DNA of 63,912 nt, filler included, from Octopus bimaculoides (taxonomy: Eukaryota), in the NCBI RefSeq assembly GCF_001194135.2. It is 9 parts of 5 records of this genome, joined end to end, with 100 filler letters (N's around TTAATTAATTAA, not from the genome) between each part and the next. Parts side by side here need not be neighbours in the genome. Positions count along the whole stretch, not along the records: positions 46,749 to 56,778 come from NC_068987.1; positions 56,879 to 59,583 come from NC_068986.1; positions 59,684 to 62,303 come from NC_068987.1; positions 62,404 to 63,912 come from NW_026391650.1; 5 more parts are not named here. One strand, given 5' to 3'. Below are positions 53,360-63,912 of this stretch, piece after piece. The position numbers and the translations under genes are program-made. Each line of letters starts with the position of its first letter. Within the stretch, counting starts at the first letter, position 1. The notes beneath the pieces are model-generated. The model saw nothing but the letters and a program-made list of their open reading frames with translations, did no database searches and had not been told where the DNA came from.

Positions 53360-53393
53360 NNNNNNNNNNNNNNNNNNNNNNNNNNNNNNNNNN

Positions 53394-53437
<44 letters not shown>

Positions 53438-53799
53438 TGTGCTTATGACCATCTAACCATCCCTGGCAAGGTACAGCTGCCTGGTACCAAAGGTACTATC
53501 TCTATCCGGAGCCCCCTACACCTCATTCCTCTGTGTGTCAGTCAAATATTTCAAATGATAGCATTAGTGCTACCATTTTGAACACTGGCATATAGAAGAA
53601 ATCTACTTCATCATCATCATCATCACCATTTTCGTTTTATATCCGTTTTCCATGCTGGCATGGGTTGGATGATCTGACATGGAGCTGGCCAGCCAAGGAA
53701 CTTCCAAGGAAATACTCCCAGATAACCTTCCAGGCAACCCCAGAATTACTGAATTAGCATATTTCAGTAAAGACTAGAAAAGGAAAAAAAAAACTTAGC

Positions 53800-54170
53800 A
53801 GCATGGCTGTGTGGTAAGAAGTTTGCTTCCCAACCACATGGTTTCAGGTTCAGTCCCCCTGCGTGGTACACTGAGTAAGTGTCTTATATAGCCTCAGGCT
53901 AACCAAAGCCTTGGGTGGCTTTGGTAGACAGAAACTGAAAGAAGCTCGTTGTATATTTATATATGTGTGTATGTGCTTTTGTATGTGTTTATCCTGCCCC
54001 CACTGGTGTTGTTTTGTTTATGTTCTTATAACTTAGTGGTTCAGCAAAAGTTACCAATGGAATAAGTACCAGGCTTTAAAAATAAATACTGCAGTCGATT
54101 TCTTGGACCAAACTCTTCAAAGTGGTGCTCCAGCATGGCTGTAGTCTAATGACAGAAACTAGTAAAAGAT
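53800..54170 (+). mobile_element. SINE family A, full length
   Basis: Head, body and GTGGTGCTCCAGCATGGC tail. Confidence 0.9.
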
Positions 54171-54612
54171 AGATGATACCAGAAGAAAAAAAAACAAAAA
54201 AAGAAGAAGAGAAGCTAGACATGTGTATGTTTCTTGCAAACTCAAAGATGATATTAACATTGACAGGAATGCATTTTCACTTCAGAGGTTATGCTCTTGT
54301 ATTCCAAGAGTAGGAAATAGCTACAAAATACCTAATGGATAACAAGAGACAGTGAAGCCCTTAAACGTGCAAGGTGCAACCTAAAGTGTTATGTCAAATT
54401 TCTTTGGAAGATGTTGCATGTAATCAGTAGCTGCCCCTCCAAAATGTCATTAACGTTCCTGCCTTTCAGTGCTGTATGATGCTGTTATACAATGCCATTT
54501 GCAAGGAGAGACTGCTCTGGCAAAAAGTATTGGGAATATTTCTATCTTTAAATAGAATCAGTGTTAATGCGTGAAACTCTTGGGCCTTCAATCAGTCAAA
54601 TACTAATAAATA

Positions 54613-54785
54613 GGCGCAGGAGTGGCTGTGTGGTAAGTAGCTTGCTTACCAACCACATGGTTCCGGGTTCAGTCCCACTGCATGGCACCTTGGGCAGGTG
54701 TCTTCTACTATAGCCTCGGGCTGGCCAAAGCCTTGTGAGTAGATTTGGTAGATGGAAACTGAAAGAAGCCCGTCGTATATATATA
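54613..54785 (+). mobile_element. SINE family A, young-looking 5' half
   Basis: GGCGCAGGAGTGGCTGTGTGGTAAGTAGCTTGC..CCGGGTTCAGTCCC. Confidence 0.92.
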
Positions 54786-55340
54786 TATATATATATATAT
54801 ATATNNNNNNNNNNNNNNNNNNNNNNNNNNNNNNNNNNNNNNNNNNNNNNNNNNNNNNNNNNNNNNNNNNNNNNNNNNNNNNNNNNNNNNNNNNNNNNNN
54901 NNNNNNNNNNNNNNNNNNNNNNNNNNNNNNNNNNNNNNNNNNNNNNNNNNNNNNNNNNNNNNNNNNNNNNNNNNNNNNNNNNNNNNNNNNNNNNNNNNNN
55001 NNNNNNNNNNNNNNNNNNNNNNNNNNNNNNNNNNNNNNNNNNNNNNNNNNNNNNNNNNNNNNNNNNNNNNNNNNNNNNNNNNNNNNNNNNNNNNNNNNNN
55101 NNNNNNNNNNNNNNNNNNNNNNNNNNNNNNNNNNNNNNNNNNNNNNNNNNNNNNNNNNNNNNNNNNNNNNNNNNNNNNNNNNNNNNNNNNNNNNNNNNNN
55201 NNNNNNNNNNNNNNNNNNNNNNNNNNNNNNNNNNNNNNNNNNNNNNNNNNNNNNNNNNNNNNNNNNNNNNNNNNNNNNNNNNNNNNNNNNNNNNNNNNNN
55301 NNNNNNNNNNNNNNNNNNNNNNNNNNNNNNNNNNNNNNNN

Positions 55341-55442
55341 GCAGAGTTTCTACAGCTGAATGCCCTTCCTAACGCCAACCACTCTGAGAGTGTAGTGAGT
55401 ACTTTTAAGTGCCACTGGGATGAGGGCCATTTACGCGGTACT

Positions 55443-55482
<40 letters not shown>

Positions 55483-55625
55483 GTCGTCATCATCATCGTT
55501 TAACGTCTGCCTTCCATGCTGGAATGGGTTGGACGGTTTGACAGGAGCCCACTCCAGACTTCTGTTTCTGTTTTGGTAGAGTTTTTACAGCTGGATGTCC
55601 TTCCTGACACCAACCACACAGCAGA
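55341..55625 (-). mobile_element. Two family E fragments
   Basis: CAGAGTTTCTACAGCTG.ATGCCCTTCCTAACGCCAACC and (CAT)n CGTTTAACGTC..CATGCTGG. Confidence 0.8.
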
Positions 55626-55754
55626 GTGGAGAAATATATATAGTAATGTTCTCATTCTTCTGTTAAAAGGATACATAAGAAACAGCTGTAATGAGCCACC
55701 AGTTATCCGTTATATGTTATTATTCATTTGATTATAATACACCGAGGGGATTTA

Positions 55755-56105
55755 GGACTTGTCGGACACCTTAGAGTATACCAACAACATACTATTCAAA
55801 GGAGCATGCCAAACTGTTTAAGTTACAGGGATGTAAACACACCAACACCAGTTGTCAGGCAGTGGCAACATCGGACAAACACAAGCACAGACACACACAT
55901 AGATTCATACACACATACTTACATACATATAAACATACATACATACACATGAACTTCTTTCAGTTTCCTTCTACCGAACTCACACACATGGCTTTGGTCG
56001 GCCTGGGGTTAAAGTAGAAGACACTTGCCCAAGGTGCCATTCTGTGGGACAGAAACCCAGAACCATATGGTTGGGAAGTAAGCTTCTTACCACATAGCCA
56101 AGCCT
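55755..56105 (-). mobile_element. SINE family A
   Basis: Reverse complement of family A. Confidence 0.85.
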
Positions 56106-56204
56106 GTGGTCTTTTGTGATCAGCGAGACAGAATATTTTCAGACAATTGCTTTGAAACCTAGTTTCTCAGATTATAAATTTAAATTTATAGTCTATAATT
56201 AGAC

Positions 56205-56523
56205 GCAGACATGGCTGTGTAGTTAGAAGTTTGGTCGTCTGCTATAGCTCCAGGCCGACCAAAGCCATGCGGATTTGGTAGACAGAAACTGAAAGAAGCT
56301 TGCTCATATATATATTCTTTTGTTCTTTTATTTGTGTCAGTCATTTGACTGCGGCCATGCTGGAGCACCGCCTTTAGTCGAACAAATCGACCCCAGGATT
56401 TATTCTTTGTAATCCTAGTACTTATTCTATCGTGCCAAACCCACTAAGTTACAGGGATGTGAACACACCAACATTGGTTGTCATGCGATGATGAAGAAAC
56501 AAACACAGATACACACACATACA

Positions 56524-56558
<35 letters not shown>

Positions 56559-56716
56559 GACAGGCTTCTTTCAGTTTTCATCTACCAAATCCACTCACAT
56601 GGCTTTGGTCAGCCTGAAGCTATAGTAGAAGACACTTGCCCAAAGTGCCACACAGTAAGGCTGAACCTGGAACTATGTGTCGGTAAGCAAGCTACTTACC
56701 ACACAGCCACTCCTGC
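56205..56716. mobile_element. SINE-A pair: deleted + copy (56205-56305) and full-length - copy (56315-56716)
   Basis: Family A sequence; the - copy retains the tail hairpin CAGTC-AAAT-GACTG. Confidence 0.88.
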
Positions 56717-58202
56717 ACTTATAATATATATATATACACACACATATATATATATAGATATATAGATATATTTGAGTANNNNNNNNNNNNNNNNNNNNNN
56801 NNNNNNNNNNNNNNNNNNNNNNTTAATTAATTAANNNNNNNNNNNNNNNNNNNNNNNNNNNNNNNNNNNNNNNNNNNNCTAATGTCCTGGAAGAAGATCA
56901 CATGTCATGTGTCTTCTAAGACCAAATAATTCTCAAAGGGCATTCAGCGAAGCAACAAAAACGTAAATCGGGCAATACCAGTGAAATTTACACAAAAAAT
57001 ACACTTATCTGCCAACATATGTTTCGAAATCAGCATTTTCTTACTGAAAATATCTTGGTCTCATGCATCTCTCTTACAGAGATATCAGACACAAGGCTCT
57101 TGGGATTGCTTCATTCCATGTACAGACCGAAACAGATTCATATATATATATATATACAAAAACACACCTATGCACACACGTATACTTGCACACATACTTT
57201 TGTATTGACGCAGAACACGTGTTGTCTCACGCTAAAAGGCCAAACGGAAACTGAAAACAGAAGGGAACGACATATTAAGGAGTCTATAATTGAATTTGTG
57301 TTTCTCTTTCTCTACATATTTGTTTTGTTTTTTTCATTTTTTTTTTGCTCTGCATATAGAATACAGTTTCAATATTCATGAGTCCTGGTAGAACGATGGA
57401 GATGACAAGAAGAGACAACATCAGCCACAATGACGCAAACAATATCAATAGTTTAAATAGAAACAACACTGACACCAAGAACAAGGGAAGCCTTTTCTCC
57501 AGCTCGATCGAATTATTAGATATAATAGTGAAATTCTCCCTCAAGCAATGCCTCACAGTATTCATGTATGGATATAAGCTGATCATGGAGAGTTGTATAA
57601 CAAGTGTTTCTGTAAAAATTGAAACAAATGAAAATGAGAATGTGTTGCATGGAATGCTTTGATCAGGTCTGCCGGTTCAACGTTGACCTGAGGGTTATAC
57701 GTTGTAAACAGAAACACCGATCATAATTGCTGTAATGTCAACCAGAACAATGATAATCCAGAGTATTTACAAGAGACAGTAATTATAAGTAAAAGAAGCA
57801 TGGATGGTAACATAAATTATAGATCAAACAACACAAAACTAAAAATGGTGAACGTAGAGCGGTCAATAAAGATTGGAAATACAGATAGAAGATATTATTA
57901 TGGCAAAGTTTAGACTGTTCCAATCTTGGGGCTGTATGGTCCATGTGCGGTGACGTTCAGCTCTGGTATGCAAGTGGCGGTGTGTCAGTGAATTATGACG
58001 GAAGCGACAAATCTGCCATCAAAATGATAGAGCACCCATACGGCGATATGATTGCATTTAACATTGTCTTGTGACATTTGATGGTAGAGTCCCTAAGTTA
58101 ATAGCAACAGGATTTGTTTCTGCATGGACCAAAATATCCTATGCAGCGTTCAATTTGAACCAAGGATGGTAGTTGCAGAAATACAAGGTAAATAAATGAA
58201 TA

Positions 58203-58285
58203 CATAAAATTATGTACATGGAAATTATAGTCATAAAATTATAAGCATAAAATTATGACATGTCAAAAATTATGACATGAAAATC
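58203..58285. repeat. Degenerate ~14-bp tandem repeat x5-6
   Basis: CATAAAATTATG-like units. Confidence 0.75.
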
Positions 58286-58479
58286 TTCAACGAATTGCTT
58301 TCATACTGAGTGAGTGAGAACTTGCCACGTTTTCTCTCAGGGTGCAATGATTAAAAAATATCGAGGGTATTTCGCTGAATATGGATCAATTAATTTATTG
58401 ATATATATACATAAGTACATTTGTATGTATATGTGTGTATATATGTATGTATTATGTATGCATATATATATATATATAT

Positions 58480-58514
<35 letters not shown>

Positions 58515-58689
58515 TATAGATAGATAGATAGATAGATAGATAGATGCACACACACATATACATATATTAATACATACAGAGACACGCAGACATACGCACA
58601 CAAATATATATACACATGCATTTACGCATTTGCACTTATACCAACACGTATATACATTTCTATCTACGTGTGTGTGTGAGTGTGTGTTT

Positions 58690-58930
58690 GTGAGTATGCG
58701 TGTGTGTATGCCATTGTGCCTCTGGCTGTCTCCCGGCGACCAGTGGACAATCGCTGTTGGTGAGTTTACGTCCCCGTAACGTAAGGTTTCAACAGAAGAG
58801 TCATGATTGCACATGTATCAGGCTTAGAATAATGTAAGTATTACGATTGATTCGTTCGAGTAAAATCCTTCTAAGCTGTGCTGCAGCATGGCCACTGTCT
58901 AATGGCTGTAACATGTAAAAGACGAATAAA
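58690..58930 (+). mobile_element. SINE family A, 3' half, diverged
   Basis: GTTTACGTCCCCGTAAC..GCTGCAGCATGGCCAC. Confidence 0.75.
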
Positions 58931-59532
58931 AGAGGAAAGATGAAAAAAAACTGTGTCTCCAAGCGACTTGTTGGCGGCTGAATGAGGCTTGAGGTAGTAG
59001 TGCTATAGGCGTAATATTTAGCTGCGTTGAACACAACTAATATGTTTATAAATGTAGATCCAGCCTCAATTTGCCAACTTCAAGGAAATATAGAGTTAAT
59101 AAGTAAGCTTAAAATAAGACGGATTTATCTTTAGGACATCATTTTATGGAATACACGCTCAATCAAGAGTGGCTCAGTCGAGGCATCTACACCACAATCA
59201 AAGTTATCCTTTCAGTTTTGTTCGGCCGGAATACTTTACTTCATGTATACGTACGTGAATAACTAAATGAATAAACATGTGCGTGTATGCGTGTGTATAT
59301 ATGTGTATGTGTATGTGTGTACATAAATACGCACATACATGCATGCATACTGACATTGGAATTATTATGGCGATCGTAAAATATCTCACCTGTTTGAAAT
59401 TTTGACTGACAATGGTGGATTATTTGGTATGGTGTAATCTGTGATGAAATTCTACCGACACAGCCGTTGTAAATTTTAAGTACCATCTGTTTCATTTTTA
59501 TACACAAGCATGTATATTTATATATACACATA

Positions 59533-59583
<51 letters not shown>

Positions 59584-59818
59584 NNNNNNNNNNNNNNNNN
59601 NNNNNNNNNNNNNNNNNNNNNNNNNNNTTAATTAATTAANNNNNNNNNNNNNNNNNNNNNNNNNNNNNNNNNNNNNNNNNNNNAACTAAAATTTACTAGA
59701 AAAAAAAAAAACCCAAACAAAATAGATTCCAAAATTTAAAAACGCAATAAATTCCAAAATGTAAAAAAACGGCGGGAACTTAGTTGCCAACCTAATATAT
59801 ATATATATATATATACAC

Positions 59819-59855
<37 letters not shown>

Positions 59856-60350
59856 CATACATACATACATACATACATACATACATACCTATATATATAA
59901 TTTGTTGAAGCCCAGCAGGCTCGTCTACAGTTTCTGCTAATAACTGCCATTGGAGTAGATTGCAGGTTATATGATTGGAGTTCGTATTTGGCATGAAATT
60001 TTAAATAGAAGAGAGTTCCTAAAAGCTGTAAACGAAAATCAAAATTATTGAGCATATCTGAGTCTTTTAGAGCTGATTATATTGATTATATAATGATGAA
60101 TTTCCCGTAGGGCATAGTGTTGTTTCACTGCTCTTGGATATTTCGTCACACGCTGCAGGCGATCACGCTGCAATAGCTGTGCAGAAAGCTTTCTCTTGAT
60201 AGTCTATTGCAGTTGTTCTCTGTTCTTTTATCGGAGCAGTCACTCGTTTCAGTTTCTTTGAATTCATAACAATTAAAAGTTATCAAGTTTCTGTTTTAAA
60301 GAAAATAAATAAGAATAAGTTGATATTCTGACGTTAGAGCGTCGCAGAGA

Positions 60351-60440
60351 ATAGTACTTGATCCATCCTATAGTACTTGATCCATCCTATAGTACTTGAT
60401 CCATCCTATAGTACTTGATCCATCCTATAGTACTTGATCC
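60351..60440. repeat. Perfect 19-bp tandem repeat x4.7 inside a degenerate SINE-B
   Basis: ATAGTACTTGATCCATCCT units; followed by CTGAGTTCAAATTCCACC and TTTCATCCTTC. Confidence 0.95.
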
Positions 60441-60667
60441 AGCCCCTCAGTAATCTGAGTTCAAATTCCACCTAAGTCATCTATACTGCTTTTCATCCTT
60501 CGATGGTGATAAAATTATAGGAACGCTTTCCTATAGGAAGAGGTCAAAACAGGAGAGGTCACTTTCCAGCACTACCAATCCCTCAAGACCATTGAGTGGA
60601 TGTGCATTTTCTTTCCCGTGTAGGGTGACACACATGTAACTGTAGAAGGAATAAATGATGCTGCGCA

Positions 60668-60772
<105 letters not shown>

Positions 60773-61562
60773 NNNNNNNNNNNNNNNNNNNNNNNNNNNN
60801 NNNNNNNNNNNNNNNNNNNNNNNNNNNNNNNNNNNNNNNNNNNNNNNNNNNNNNNNNNNNNNNNNNNNNNNNNNNNNNNNNNNNNNNNNNNNNNNNNNNN
60901 NNNNNNNNNNNNNNNNNNNNNNNNNNNNNNNNNNNNNNNNNNNNNNNNNNNNNNNNNNNNNNNNNNNNNNNNNNNNNNNNNNNNNNNNNNNNNNNNNNNN
61001 NNNNNNNNNNNNNNNNNNNNNNNNNNNNNNNNNNNNNNNNNNNNNNNNNNNNNNNNNNNNNNNNNNNNNNNNNNNNNNNNNNNNNNNNNNNNNNNNNNNN
61101 NNNNNNNNNNNNNNNNNNNNNNNNNNNNNNNNNNNNNNNNNNNNNNNNNNNNNNNNNNNNNNNNNNNNNNNNNNNNNNNNNNNNNNNNNNNNNNNNNNNN
61201 NNNNNNNNNNNNNNNNNNNNNNNNNNNNNNNNNNNNNNNNNNNNNNNNNNNNNNNNNNNNNNNNNNNNNNNNNNNNNNNNNNNNNNNNNNNNNNNNNNNN
61301 NNNNNNNNNNNNNNNNNNNNNNNNNNNNNNNNNNNNNNNNNNNNNNNNNNNNNNNNNNNNNNNNNNNNNNNNNNNNNNNNNNNNNNNNNNNNNNNNNNNN
61401 NNNNNNNNNNNNNNNNNNAAGGGAAATAATAAGATGGAGAGGATATACAATCGACTAACATCCGCCAGTAAACGTTCCATTATATCTATTTATTAAATGA
61501 TTATAAACATGTGTGAGTGATACAAATTAATGAATGTCATGAGTCCATAAGTACATAAAAAG

Positions 61563-61631
<69 letters not shown>

Positions 61632-61721
61632 AACAAATGAATAATAATAGTTTAGTGTACAGGTACGTATTCCTTACGGCCGTTTCTACCACGAGGCAAC
61701 AAAAACTTCAAAGGTGATATA

Positions 61722-62062
61722 CAGGGATGAACAGACATTGGAGAGGGCTTGAACAGAGGGGCCAAATGTTAGGGAACTAACACGTGTGAAAGTCAGTTAA
61801 AAATAGGGTAGGGAAAAATAAAATAAGATAAAATGATAGACAAAGTAAGGAAAGGTAACATAAAGATTTAAATCAAGATAAGGACGTCAGTTATGGATTG
61901 TATTAACACCTTAATAAAAGTCCTTACCTTACGTTTCCTTACTATGTCTATCACACTATTTTTTTGTTGATGTCCCCTACTCTATTTTTACCTGACTTTC
62001 ACACATGTTAGTTCCATAACATTTGGACGCTCTGAAGAAGCGTAGGGCACATCCAAACCCTG
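61722..62062. mobile_element. Tc1/mariner-type MITE with ~140-bp TIRs
   Basis: TA|CAGGG..CCAAATGTTAGGGAACTAACACGTGTGAAAGTCAG..GATAGACAAAGTAAGGAAA mirrored by TTTCCTTACTATGTCTATC..CTGACTTTCACACATGTTAGTTCCATAACATTTGG..CCCTG|TA. Confidence 0.88.
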
Positions 62063-62212
62063 TACAATGTCTATTCATCTCTGTATATCACTAACGGGAT
62101 AAAGATAACTTGGAAGTTTTTGTTGTCATGTCAGAAACGGCCGTACGGAATTAGTACCTGTACACTCATCTATTATTATTCATTTCTTTCTTTCTCTCTC
62201 TGTGTCTCTGTC

Positions 62213-62249
<37 letters not shown>

Positions 62250-62579
62250 ATATATATATATATGTGTGCGTGTGTATACATACATACATACATACATATA
62301 TATNNNNNNNNNNNNNNNNNNNNNNNNNNNNNNNNNNNNNNNNNNNNTTAATTAATTAANNNNNNNNNNNNNNNNNNNNNNNNNNNNNNNNNNNNNNNNN
62401 NNNATATATATATATATATATATATACATATATATGTGTATATTTACACACACACACACATATATATATACATATACACACATATGTACACTGCTGTTAC
62501 ATAACTGCTTGATGGATTGATTGCTAAAGGCAGCTGAATAAGAGATGTTTGGTGAAGTAATATTTGGAAAGATGACTGT

Positions 62580-62755
62580 GGGAAGTGGAAATAGGTGGGA
62601 CGGATGACTGGTGGTGATGATAATGATGATGTTGTTGATGACGATTATGACTACGATGGTGATGATGATGATGTTGATGATGAAGGTAATGACGCGCTGG
62701 TAGTGATGGCACTGGTGACGTTGATGAGGAGGAGCGTGGCGGTAGTGAGTAATGG

Positions 62756-62807
<52 letters not shown>

Positions 62808-62851
62808 GGTGATCATGATGATCATGATGATCATGATGGTGGTGGTGATGG

Positions 62852-62897
<46 letters not shown>

Positions 62898-63330
62898 GAT
62901 CATGATGATCATGATGATCATGATGATCATGATGGTGGTGGTGATGGTGATGATGATGATGATCATCATCATCATCATCATCATCATCATGATCATGATG
63001 ATGGTGGTGGTGATGGTGATGATGAGGATAGTGATGATGGTGATGGAGGCGGTGGCTGTGGTGATGATGTTGTGGGTGGGTAGTGATGATGATGATGATG
63101 AATGCAATGAAGATGGTAGTGGTGGCGGCGGTGACGGGGTCGGCGGTGTCGCAGGTGATGATGTTGACGATGATGATGTTGACGATGATGGTGGTGATGG
63201 TGATGGAGGTGGTGGTGTTGGTGGTGAGAACAGTTGTGGTAGAAGAAGAGCTACCTGTGTCAGTCCATTATAGCGTAGGTTGGGAGTGGTGGTGGTAGTG
63301 GTGGTGGTGGGGCTTGAAGGGTGGTGGATG
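62580..63330. repeat. Compound (GAT)n/(GGT)n/(CAT)n microsatellite with ~90-110-bp higher-order duplication
   Basis: Block (GAT)n-(GGT)n-(GATCATGAT)n-GGTGGTGGTGATGGT occurs twice at about 62755-62970. Confidence 0.9.
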
Positions 63331-63866
63331 AGTGGAGGGGTGAGTGAAGGGTCAGCTTCAGGGTCAGCACGAGATTATTGCTCACGTGAGTGGAACAGAC
63401 ATGGCTGATGCTACCGGAAGTAAGCTCGAGAAGGAAATGCATCATGCAACATGTGACTGTGAACGGTTCGTTGCATATGTACGTTGAGGTGTGTGTATAT
63501 ATGTGTATATACACACATATATATATATATAGTGTGTGTGTGTGTATATATATGTATATAAGTGTGTGTTTATGTCTATTTATAGATCTATGCATATGTG
63601 TGTATTTATAGCATTACGTAAGTGTGTGTGTATTTATATAGGTATGTTTATATGTGTATTTATATCTTTATACACATATATGTGTGTGTATGTGTGTATG
63701 TGTGTGTAAAATGTATGCTTCTGTCTGTGCTTATACGTGTATATGTATATATGTATGCGTGAATGTGCGTACGAATGAGGCTCTATATGTATCACGTGAT
63801 TCTATGGATTCTCACGTTAAATTCGGTCTACATTTTGGTATATTATGCAGAGCGTAAACAAAATAG

Positions 63867-63912
<46 letters not shown>

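Noticed and set aside
57284-57900. Hydrophobic minus-strand ORF suggestive of a GPCR or Cys-loop receptor TM region
   Set aside because: Multiple stops in all frames upstream, no convincing motif spacing; hydrophobicity is expected from the complement of A-rich DNA
60351-60440. Regular short repeats as a possible CRISPR-like array
   Set aside because: Units are contiguous with no spacers, in a eukaryotic context with no cas genes
62595-63083. 162-aa Asp/Gly/His-rich ORF (possible metal-binding or structural protein)
   Set aside because: Entirely (GAT)/(GGT)/(CAT) microsatellite, open in several frames, with no signal peptide or complex domain

Overview
AT-rich, microsatellite-saturated eukaryotic genomic DNA with many assembly gaps. 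The SINE families, simple-repeat load and transposon mix point to an octopod cephalopod (inference from recalled repeat families, not a database hit). No intact host gene is recognisable; almost all listed ORFs come from microsatellites or N-runs. The window holds about six SINE-like families (named A-F here for convenience) and fossil LINE fragments (RTE, CR1-group, R4/Dong, Tx1/L1). It also holds an internally deleted Helitron with an intact 3' hairpin-CTAG end, deleted Tc1, mariner and maT-like elements, and five TA-flanked MITEs. The most notable signal is a set of type-I hammerhead ribozyme motifs with palindromic stem III. One has a fully intact core (25468-25525), and one sits in the 3' part of a tRNA-headed, Pol III-type SINE (37005-37340). 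Also notable are a LINE 3' end sharing a covarying stem-loop tail with SINE-A, and SINE-B head-to-tail multimers with the same junction at two loci.
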